Assembly: GCA_001774685.1 (NCBI GenBank)
Contig: MFAS01000001.1
Span: 223,557 to 287,556 of the forward strand
DNA from: Candidatus Collierbacteria bacterium RIFOXYD2_FULL_45_13
Lineage (GTDB): Bacteria > Patescibacteriota > Microgenomatia > UBA1400 > MFAQ01
Length of the DNA: 64,000 nt
Reading direction: 5' to 3'
This document shows positions 1 through 7,944 of the stretch, piece after piece; positions within the stretch are counted from its first letter, which is position 1; each line of letters opens with the position of its first letter. The notes beneath the pieces are model-generated. The model saw only the letters and a program-made list of their open reading frames with translations, had not been told where the DNA came from and searched no databases. The translations under genes and the position numbers were made by a program.

Positions 1-70
1 GCCTGAAAAACTTTCCAAAAAGCCCCCTCTTGAAAAAGAAGGCCCGCAAAGATTAGTGCCGCGAATAAGC

Positions 71-1168
71 TTAGATTTTTGACCCACTGTCGCGGCCTGA
101 CCTCTTTGAAAAGCGCCAAGAGTATTGCCATAGCATGAAACCTAACATTAATATTACCAATCCTATCATGATGGCCAGTTTACTTCTAGCCTCAACCTTT
201 ACTGCCGTCAGTCCCAGAACAGCCGTAATCGTCCAGTAGAACAAGGCTACCCGCCTTTTCCCCCAGCCCATTTGCAATAGCTTATGGTGCAGATGACCTT
301 TGTCTCCCCACACTGGTGATTTCCCCGACAATATCCTTTTTAATACGATGTATATAAAATCGACCAAAGGCACACCCAAAACGACCAGCACTGTTCCAAC
401 TTTTGCTGTGGCCAAGATGGAGATCACCCCTAGAAGCAATCCGGCAAGAGTTGTAGCCGAATAACCAGGCATAATCCTTTGTGGATAGAAATGGAAAATG
501 GTTAAACCGGCAAAGGCTCCCGAAAGAGCAAACGCAAGGGTTGCTACTGGCCATTGGGTGATATCTGCACTAAAGTTCAAAGAAATCAGCCCCAGAGCAA
601 TCGCCGCTATCGTTACGACCCCGGTAATTTGACCATCGACACCGGAAGACCAATTAATGGCATTCATCAGTACGGGAATCCACAGTAATGCAAACAAATC
701 GGCCAAGATCCAAATTTCATGATGTTTTCCCCAAAGCTCAAATCCCCAGCGCCATTGAGAAAGGTCTATTACTCCCCCAAAGGGATTTGACACATAAGCA
801 ATCCCTATTCCTGACGCCACAATTATTCCAACTGCCAAAAAGTTTACTCCCAGTCTTAGGTATGGGTTGAGTCCTTTGATGTCATCGATCAGCCCCGTGA
901 TCAAAACCAATAAAGAGGCCCCCCCAATAGCAATCAAATGTTTGTCCCATTTTAAAAATATTGCCAAAGTTAAAAACACTGCTACAAATACCGGGAGACC
1001 TCCGCCTTTGGGAACCGGTTCTTTGTGAATATGTGCCGGATGTGGTGTTTTTTTCGGGTCTATCATCCATCCCCTTTTGGAAAACAATATTACTGTCAGG
1101 GGGGTAATTACTAAACTAATGAGAAAGGTGATCACGAAAGGAAAGACGGTGATGGTCGGGTTTATCAT
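71..1168 (-). CDS. MraY/WecA/TagO-family (GT4) undecaprenyl-phosphate HexNAc-1-P transferase
   Basis: Polytopic membrane protein with PKGGG, GLIDD, NAINWSSGVDG, FHFYP and HLHH motifs. Confidence 0.85.
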   Translation of the reverse strand: MINPTITVFPFVITFLISLVITPLTVILFSKRGWMIDPKKTPHPAHIHKEPVPKGGGLPVFVAVFLTLAIFLKWDKHLIAIGGASLLVLITGLIDDIKGLNPYLRLGVNFLAVGIIVASGIGIAYVSNPFGGVIDLSQWRWGFELWGKHHEIWILADLFALLWIPVLMNAINWSSGVDGQITGVVTIAAIALGLISLNFSADITQWPVATLAFALSGAFAGLTIFHFYPQRIMPGYSATTLAGLLLGVISILATAKVGTVLVVLGVPLVDFIYIVLKRILSGKSPVWGDKGHLHHKLLQMGWGKRRVALFYWTITAVLGLTAVKVEARSKLAIMIGLVILMLGFMLWQYSWRFSKRSGRDSGSKI

Positions 1169-1500
1169 AGAGCGAATATTTGTATCACTCTAAAAAAGCT
1201 TGCGGCCAGCAAGCCAACCGCCAGCAAGGAACCCGCCATTAGTGTCGTTTCCACAGGGACATCTCCTTTACTTGCCCATGAGGCAAAAACTCTTGTAATA
1301 CCAACGACCGCTCCCAAACCGAGCAATATTCCCGCCAATACGAACTTGCTTATCAATTGATGTTCACCTCCGGGAAGAGAGTAAAACCAAGGCAAATGTG
1401 GCGGCAAGATTTTCCAAAACAATGCAAAAACGGCACCCATTACCAACACTGTTCCCCATGAGACAATCAAAATTTGTTGTGCCGCTTTATTTGTTGTCAT
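1165..1500 (-). CDS. hypothetical membrane protein
   Basis: 111-aa ORF, three hydrophobic segments, abuts both neighbours. Confidence 0.7.
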   Translation of the reverse strand: MTTNKAAQQILIVSWGTVLVMGAVFALFWKILPPHLPWFYSLPGGEHQLISKFVLAGILLGLGAVVGITRVFASWASKGDVPVETTLMAGSLLAVGLLAASFFRVIQIFAL

Positions 1501-1501
1501 A

Positions 1502-3007
1502 TTACGCTTTTTTCTCGGTAACTCGATATTCCAAATATCTTCCCATCATCAATCTTGTATGTGCGTCAAGTCCTGGAAGTGCCGAAAAGAAAAAACCCAC
1601 GACAGGCAAAAGAATAAATTCAAAAGGGGCCGAGAATTTCCTCCAGAAAGAGAGCCCCGCCACCTTTGGTCTCGCTTTAAGATCAACCAGCACCATGGCA
1701 GCCAAACTAATCAAGGACAAGGTTAATATGGCCGACGAAACTTGGGGTAAAGTTCTTCCTATCACCGTTCTGGAAAAAGTTGGGTTTAGTAGTGGAGGCA
1801 TATTTGCCCCGACCGTAATAATGAACCAGTTCACAGGCCACATAAAGTGGTCTTCGATTACTTTAAAAACCCGAATTGTTTTGTCCCAGAAAGGCGCCTC
1901 GTCGTCCAAGATGTACTCTTTGATAATATAAGCATCATCACTTGCCCCCCACGCCCACCGTTTTACTTGTTCATAGGTGTTGGTGTAGGTACTCCAAAAA
2001 CCATTAGCCTCTGCCGCATCGGCAGAAACAGAAATAAATATCGGTTCAACCTCGACTTCGCCCTTGGTGGCAAAATATGTCTTGAAAAATATACGGTAAT
2101 CTTCCGGAATCACGTCGGTATCCCAGTAATTTATTTCGTCCATCAGCTTCAAACTCAGAGTATAAGTGGAAAAATTTATCAACCGATCCGGACGGGAAAG
2201 TTGAGCCATATTTATCACGCTGCTCATCCGGTTAAAAACTCTCATGGGCCATGGAATCCTTTCGATGTTATTGTAAAAAACAATTGCTCCCTGCCAAATC
2301 TTTCTATATCTATTGGGATCATCCAGAAACATATAAGTTATCGCTGCCAAATGATTGGGGTGGAGTGCCACGTCACAGTCCACGGACGAGACCGTCATCT
2401 TGTCTATATTCCAGTCTGCGTGTTTACTCAACTTCTTCTTGAACTCCTTACCTGCCCACGAGGCGTTGCTGGATTTTCCCACTACTTCTCCCGTCAAGTT
2501 AGCCGGATGATAAGTAAAAAAGAGACCTGCAAATTTAGCCTCGAACTCCTTTCTTATCACTGACTCTCTCTGTTCGTTTATCTCTTTACCGGCTCTCTCT
2601 TCCATCGCTACTACGGGGATTATTTGTTTAGGTCCAACAGTTTGTTTTTCTAAAGCCTCGAGGGTTCTCACCAATATCTCCACCGGCTCTTTGTAGGTCG
2701 GCAGTACAATTACATGTCTAACCTCTTTCCAGTCGGCGAAGCCGGCTACATCACCCATCCAGTCGTATTTCTCCCACGCTTTTATCCTGTAATAGGACAT
2801 TACCCCGGCCCACGCCAAAGTTGTCGACCTGTAAAGCCAGTAAACGTTAAAAGCGACAATAAAATATGCCACTCCAATTGGCCAAAAAATAGATCCCCAA
2901 ACCGGAAACAAGATAAAAGTCCAGCTTGTAAAACCAGGTAAAATCTCCAGAGCTCTCTGGCTGGCACGAGGGTACTTTTTGATCAGTTTTCTAAGGAATA
3001 CAAACAT
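1502..3007 (-). CDS. GT2-family membrane glycosyltransferase
   Basis: LPTYKE, GKS, DCD, PED and QVKRW (D,D,D,QxxRW) signature with flanking TM helices. Confidence 0.85.
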   Translation of the reverse strand: MFVFLRKLIKKYPRASQRALEILPGFTSWTFILFPVWGSIFWPIGVAYFIVAFNVYWLYRSTTLAWAGVMSYYRIKAWEKYDWMGDVAGFADWKEVRHVIVLPTYKEPVEILVRTLEALEKQTVGPKQIIPVVAMEERAGKEINEQRESVIRKEFEAKFAGLFFTYHPANLTGEVVGKSSNASWAGKEFKKKLSKHADWNIDKMTVSSVDCDVALHPNHLAAITYMFLDDPNRYRKIWQGAIVFYNNIERIPWPMRVFNRMSSVINMAQLSRPDRLINFSTYTLSLKLMDEINYWDTDVIPEDYRIFFKTYFATKGEVEVEPIFISVSADAAEANGFWSTYTNTYEQVKRWAWGASDDAYIIKEYILDDEAPFWDKTIRVFKVIEDHFMWPVNWFIITVGANMPPLLNPTFSRTVIGRTLPQVSSAILTLSLISLAAMVLVDLKARPKVAGLSFWRKFSAPFEFILLPVVGFFFSALPGLDAHTRLMMGRYLEYRVTEKKA

Positions 3008-3756
3008 TTTGTGTTTTGGCTCGTGATTTCTGCCAGTTCCGAAAAGTCCATTGCCAGTTCGGAAGCTACGAACTCAGCTATTATTTTAACATTTGCAGGA
3101 GTGTTCACCGTTCCTCTCAGTGGTTCCGGAGGCAAATATGGGCTATCGGTCTCCAATAGTAATCGGTTTGGTGGCACATTCTTCAACAGTTCCCTCAGAT
3201 TTCCCGCCGACTTGTAAGTGATATTCCCTCCAAAACTTACATAGAACCCCAAAGAAAGTATCATTTCCAGGAACTCGGAACTGCCGGCAAAGCAATGAAA
3301 CTGCCCCCGGGGAAGCTTCTTCATTCCAAGGATCTCACTCCTCATTTCCTCCTCCGATCCCCTCATGTGTATCGCCACCGGCAGACTCAGCTCGACCGCC
3401 AAAGCCATCTGTCTCCTGAAGAGGTCCACCTGTTTTTCCTCTGTCTTCTTTTCCTTATCCCAATAATAATCCAGCCCTATCTCGCCGATCCCCACCACCG
3501 TCTTTGAGCCGAATTGCTTTTTCATTTCGTTCATTTCCTCGTCAACACCCACGATCTTTTCTGCATTTTCCGGGTGGATCCCCAGTAAACAATACTGGTT
3601 CTCCCTTTCGGCGATCTCTATCGCTCTTTTGGCATCGGCTACGTCAGTCGAGGGCATGATCACTTTTTCGACCCCTAGCCCCCCGGCCTTCCTCAGTACT
3701 TCTCCAATATCGGCGAAGCGTTCATCGGTCAAATGACAGTGTGTATCTATCAGCAT
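2983..3756 (-). CDS. tatD: TatD-family nuclease
   Basis: IDTHCHL, GIHP, GEIGLDY, HCF and LETDSPYL motifs. Confidence 0.93.
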   Translation of the reverse strand: MLIDTHCHLTDERFADIGEVLRKAGGLGVEKVIMPSTDVADAKRAIEIAERENQYCLLGIHPENAEKIVGVDEEMNEMKKQFGSKTVVGIGEIGLDYYWDKEKKTEEKQVDLFRRQMALAVELSLPVAIHMRGSEEEMRSEILGMKKLPRGQFHCFAGSSEFLEMILSLGFYVSFGGNITYKSAGNLRELLKNVPPNRLLLETDSPYLPPEPLRGTVNTPANVKIIAEFVASELAMDFSELAEITSQNTKCLYSLEN

Positions 3757-5171
3757 TATTTTTCTATTCTCTGAAATAAATTTTCTCCCCGTTTTATTAC
3801 CTCACCGCCAAACTGTGCGATCAGCTTATCCGCCGTTTCTGGCATAAAAGGAGTCAGATCGGCTGCGATCTGCCGGATAATTCTGACAAGATCAGCCAAA
3901 ACAAATTCCTGCTCCTCACCGGTCAACTTCCACACTTCTCTTTGATTAATTAAAGTGTCTGCCGTCTTTATGTCTTCCCAAACAAACCGAACAGCCTCGT
4001 CAAATCGGAAATTAGTCAATTTGTTTACCACAGCTTCACGAATACCCAGTCTTTGCTCCGGAACTTTTAGGCCGATTTTCTCAGCCATCGTTGCCACCCT
4101 AGCAGCCAGATTTCCGATTCCATTGGCAAGACTAGCCTGATATGCCTCTTCAAAACGTTCCATGGTTACATCGGAGTCTTCAAAAACACTCACTTCTCCA
4201 AGCAAAAAGTATCTCAAGGCATCAGCCCCATATTTTTCTGCCCACTCGATCGGATCGATGGTATTCCCCAAACTCTTACTGATCTTTTGTCCGTTAGCAG
4301 TCAGGAACCCTCCGACGAAAATTTGCTTCGATGCCGGTAGGCCGGCAGACATCAGCATCGTCTGCCACATGGCGGTCTGCTGTCTCAAGTTATCCTTCCC
4401 GCATACCTGGATCCCCGGCCAAAATTCACTGAACTTTTTCGTATCATCGGGCCACCCGAGGCATGATATATAGTTGATCAGAGCGTCAAACCAGACGTAG
4501 ATCACCTGTGTCGGATCTCCCGGTACTTCTACCCCCCAAGGCATCTTGGTCTTGAGTCTTGAGATGCTAAAGTCGGCGAGGCCCGACTTCACAAACACTT
4601 TCATTTCGTTCTGTCGGAAGTCGGGGATCACAAAATCGGGCTTCGCTTCGTACAGGTCCAGTAGTTTTTGTTGGTAACTCGAAAACTTAAAAAAATAATT
4701 TTCTTCTTCGATATTTTCCAACTCCTGATTGGGATGCACGGGGCATTTACCATCCAACAGCTCGGAGTCGGTTTTTTCCAGCTCACAACCAACACAGTAT
4801 TTGATTTTGTAATTCTTTTTGTAAATATCTCCCCTTGAAGCGCACAGTTTCCAAAACTCCTGTGCCGCCCTGATATGATGCTCGTCGGTCGTCCGGATAA
4901 AGTTGTCGTAAGACAGGTTCAGGGCAGATTTCAATTTTTCAAACTTGGCTGCGTACTCGTCGCAGTATTTTTTCGGATCTTTTCCTTCCTCCAGGGCTTT
5001 TTGGTATATTTTCTGTCCGTGTTCGTCCGTGCCGGTATTAAAGAAGACCTCATCTCCAATGGCCCGGTGGGCTCGAGCGAGCACATCCGCGCGGATGATC
5101 TCCATCGCAAAGCCAATATGCGGATCCGCATTAACATAGGGTAATGTGGTCGTAATATAGAACTTTCTCAT
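3756..5171 (-). CDS. metG: methionine--tRNA ligase (short monomeric form)
   Basis: YITTTLPYVN, HIGF (HIGH-type), GTDEHGQK, YVWFDAL, KISKS. Confidence 0.95.
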   Translation of the reverse strand: MRKFYITTTLPYVNADPHIGFAMEIIRADVLARAHRAIGDEVFFNTGTDEHGQKIYQKALEEGKDPKKYCDEYAAKFEKLKSALNLSYDNFIRTTDEHHIRAAQEFWKLCASRGDIYKKNYKIKYCVGCELEKTDSELLDGKCPVHPNQELENIEEENYFFKFSSYQQKLLDLYEAKPDFVIPDFRQNEMKVFVKSGLADFSISRLKTKMPWGVEVPGDPTQVIYVWFDALINYISCLGWPDDTKKFSEFWPGIQVCGKDNLRQQTAMWQTMLMSAGLPASKQIFVGGFLTANGQKISKSLGNTIDPIEWAEKYGADALRYFLLGEVSVFEDSDVTMERFEEAYQASLANGIGNLAARVATMAEKIGLKVPEQRLGIREAVVNKLTNFRFDEAVRFVWEDIKTADTLINQREVWKLTGEEQEFVLADLVRIIRQIAADLTPFMPETADKLIAQFGGEVIKRGENLFQRIEK

Positions 5172-5208
5172 GCCTTAATTTTATATCAAGCCGATAATAA
5201 GTGTAAGC

Positions 5209-5571
5209 CTAACCAAATATCTTCTTTATCCCTCCGGTAATTCTATCCGTCCAATTGGACGCCCACTCCTCAGCCTTGATTCTTTTAATGATCTCTTGCC
5301 AGCCGGAATTTCCCAGATTCTCCGCCACGGTGGCGATCGTCGCCGAACTTACCTTAATGTTATTTTTAACATCTTCATAGTTTCGACCTTTATCTAGGTA
5401 TAGTGCAATCCCCAGTCTTTTCAGAACAGCCAACCTCTCTCCCTCTGTCAGCACATCGCCCAAGACTGTTCTTAAGTCTTCCGGAGAATTAATGTCCGCT
5501 AGCGCTTGATAAAACAGATTGTCCAGTTGTTTCTCCAGTGTTTTGTTAATGGGGTTTTGTGAAAGTTGCAT
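5209..5571 (-). CDS. TrpR-like (YerC/YecD) HTH protein
   Basis: LTxxER...KRL.IA..L.....Y.......VSSATI pattern. Confidence 0.75.
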   Translation of the reverse strand: MQLSQNPINKTLEKQLDNLFYQALADINSPEDLRTVLGDVLTEGERLAVLKRLGIALYLDKGRNYEDVKNNIKVSSATIATVAENLGNSGWQEIIKRIKAEEWASNWTDRITGGIKKIFG

Positions 5572-5650
5572 ATTCTGTCCAAATAATAACTTTAATTGAT
5601 TAAATCATACACCTGTCGTCTTATCCTTCTCTATCTTAAGCTCTTGATGT

Positions 5651-6028
5651 CTAGTGTCCTGCCTGCCGGAAGGCATGGTCTTGAGCTCTTGATTTGTATG
5701 TATATATCTCCCAGGATACCAGCAATCCAAGAATCAAGATTCCGTTTAATATTGACCCCAAACCCAGAATTCGAAGTTCCAAAAATATCGTTATTCCAAC
5801 CGCCCACCTAAAGGCCGTGGAGGAAGACATTAATAGAATTGATAAGAGCCAAAATATTCCTCCCAACACCAAAAGAGTCATGGGCAAATAACTACCGGGA
5901 ATAATAAAATCCTTAATTGCTTCCGGATCGACTCTCCAAATAACCAAACCTATTGATATCCAGTTGATCAATGCAAAGAACACCAGCCACCCATATCTCT
6001 TCCTTTGTCTGAATTTGGTCGTTTCCAC
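5651..6028 (-). CDS. hypothetical membrane protein
   Basis: 125-aa ORF, about four TM segments. Confidence 0.65.
   Translation of the reverse strand: METTKFRQRKRYGWLVFFALINWISIGLVIWRVDPEAIKDFIIPGSYLPMTLLVLGGIFWLLSILLMSSSTAFRWAVGITIFLELRILGLGSILNGILILGLLVSWEIYTYKSRAQDHAFRQAGH
5658..5678. repeat. short GC-rich palindrome CCTGCCTGCCGGAAGGCATGG (REP-like)
   Basis: Imperfect palindrome between two copies of TCTTRAGCTCTTGAT (5634-5648, 5679-5693). Confidence 0.45.
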
Positions 6029-6044
6029 AAACTAATTTAACCAT

Positions 6045-6069
6045 AAAAAAGAGGAGCTTCCGCTCCTCT
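6045..6069 (-). terminator. intrinsic terminator
   Basis: AGAGGAGC/GCTCCTCT stem with T6 on the minus strand, just after the 6080-6283 ORF. Confidence 0.8.
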
Positions 6070-6079
6070 CTCGTCAAAA

Positions 6080-6283
6080 TTAGTCATCCATCTCAAACGG
6101 ATCCAGAAAGGCACACACAATGCCTACGACCAAACCGATTGCATAAATTAAGACCGCTACACCGATAGCCACCGCAATTGTGATTTCCGTGAAGGCAGTC
6201 AGGATCAGCAACACCGATCCAACGATCAGTGCCAAGATTACGCCGGCAATGTTGCCAAGCATGACATATAACAAACGGGACAT
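6080..6283 (-). CDS. small two-TM orphan protein
   Basis: GAGGAG SD, upstream TATAAT, own terminator. Confidence 0.75.
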   Translation of the reverse strand: MSRLLYVMLGNIAGVILALIVGSVLLILTAFTEITIAVAIGVAVLIYAIGLVVGIVCAFLDPFEMDD

Positions 6284-6370
6284 TTTTCGCTCCTCGGGTC
6301 AGGTGTGTGAACGTACCCCCGTATTATACCTCTTCGTGTTTCCTACGCCCGATTGCGCTAAAATGAATCC

Positions 6371-7357
6371 ATGTCCTCCGACACTCTGATCATTATTGTT
6401 TTCCTTTTTGTCGGGCTGATCGTGGTCTATCTTCTTCTCAAGCAGAAGTTGGAGGTCCAAAAAACCGACCCCACTCTCAACGCCTGGCTCAAGTCTCTCC
6501 AGCAATCATTTGATACTACGAACCGGACCACCAATGCCTCCCTCCAGCAAAATTATCGTGAATTATTTTCCCGTCTGGATCAAGCCACTGCGGTTATCTC
6601 CGACCTCAAGAAAGAAGCCGGCGCCTTCGGCGAGGTCAGCCGCTCCATGAAAGATCTCCAGGACTATCTCAAGTCCCCCAAACTCCGGGGCAACATCGGC
6701 GAACAAGTTCTTACCGACCTCATTGCCCAGATGTTTCCCAAGAACAGCTTCCATCTTCAGTACCACTTCAAAACAGGCCAGATCGTGGACGCCGCCATCA
6801 AAACCCAAGCCGGCATACTCCCCATTGACAGCAAGTTCCCCATGGAAAATTTTCAGAAGATCTACTCCGCCGCCTCAGCAACAGACAAAGCTCAAGCCCG
6901 CTCCGCCTTCATCCGCGACGTCAAAAAACATATCAAGGATATCTCCGGTAAATATATTCTCCCGGAAGAAGGCACTCTGGACTTCGCCCTCATGTACATC
7001 CCTTCCGAAAGTATTTATTACGAAATAGTTAGCGAACAAGAACTTCTCGATCTCGCCCGTGAGTCCCGTGTCTATCCAGTTTCTCCCACTACCCTCTACG
7101 CCCATCTCCAAACCATTCTTCTCTCCCTCGAAGGCCAAAAAATCGCCGGCAAAACCTCCGAAGTTTTTACCCTACTCCGGGCCGTCCAGAAAGACTACGA
7201 AAAGCTCAACGAAAACTTTACCCTTCTGGGAAAACACTTAACGAACGCCTACAACTCCATGAACTCCACCGGCCAAAGCATCAATCAGATCGGCAGCAAG
7301 CTCGACTCCGCCCGCGATCTGAAAGCAAACCTCCTCCCCGAAGAAACAGTAAAATAA
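6371..7357 (+). CDS. rmuC: DNA recombination protein RmuC
   Basis: N-terminal TM, PKLRGNIGE, PIDSKFP, DFALMYIPSE, VSPTT. Confidence 0.9.
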   Translation: MSSDTLIIIVFLFVGLIVVYLLLKQKLEVQKTDPTLNAWLKSLQQSFDTTNRTTNASLQQNYRELFSRLDQATAVISDLKKEAGAFGEVSRSMKDLQDYLKSPKLRGNIGEQVLTDLIAQMFPKNSFHLQYHFKTGQIVDAAIKTQAGILPIDSKFPMENFQKIYSAASATDKAQARSAFIRDVKKHIKDISGKYILPEEGTLDFALMYIPSESIYYEIVSEQELLDLARESRVYPVSPTTLYAHLQTILLSLEGQKIAGKTSEVFTLLRAVQKDYEKLNENFTLLGKHLTNAYNSMNSTGQSINQIGSKLDSARDLKANLLPEETVK

Positions 7358-7377
7358 AAAACCCGCCTTTCGGCGGG
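7356..7377 (-). terminator. intrinsic terminator
   Basis: CCCGCC/GGCGGG stem with T-tract on the minus strand, between convergent genes. Confidence 0.7.
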
Positions 7378-7394
7378 GATAAAACTGCTTCTGG

Positions 7395-7610
7395 CTACAG
7401 GAAAAATACCACTACAACCAGAAGGATCAAGGCGATGACCAGCAGGCCCCAGGGCTCAAAAATGGTCACCAGAGTAATCAGGATCACCGCGGTAACCATC
7501 ATGGCGACAGTTAGGATCAGCCCCCGTTTCCAGCCATGAGACTTAACGTTCAACGCCGCCACGGCGGTCAACAGAATTCCAAGCGCCAGCAAAGCATACG
7601 TCATTTCCAT
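7395..7610 (-). CDS. small membrane orphan protein
   Basis: Three hydrophobic segments; GGAGG SD favours the start at 7610. Confidence 0.7.
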   Translation of the reverse strand: MEMTYALLALGILLTAVAALNVKSHGWKRGLILTVAMMVTAVILITLVTIFEPWGLLVIALILLVVVVFFL

Positions 7611-7703
7611 CAGAACCTCCATTTCAATTTACGGGCTAACCCTATAATACTATGAGATTTACTACATGTCAAGCCTCAAAACCAGTCTCTTTCCCGAATA
7701 ATT

Positions 7704-7895
7704 CTATTCTTCCTTCTTCCACTTACCCCGGATATCCGCCTCCAACTCCTCTTCGGTCATCGGCCTCGCCTCCGGGTGCCGTAGGTCATTATGTGCTTTT
7801 GCCTCCTCCTTCATTTCTTTCATCCCCTCCTCATCATTCTCGCCCGTAGCTACTATCTCTCTCTCACACACCCCACAATTTATTTTGTACCTCAT
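7704..7895 (-). CDS. small metal-binding protein (DUF1059-like)
   Basis: CGVC...AHNDLRH (C2H2-like ligands); start taken at MRYKINC. Confidence 0.55.
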   Translation of the reverse strand: MRYKINCGVCEREIVATGENDEEGMKEMKEEAKAHNDLRHPEARPMTEEELEADIRGKWKKEE

Positions 7896-7944
7896 CGGTC
7901 CATTATGTAAGAAAACTCTCTTTTGGTCAAATCCTTGAGATGTC

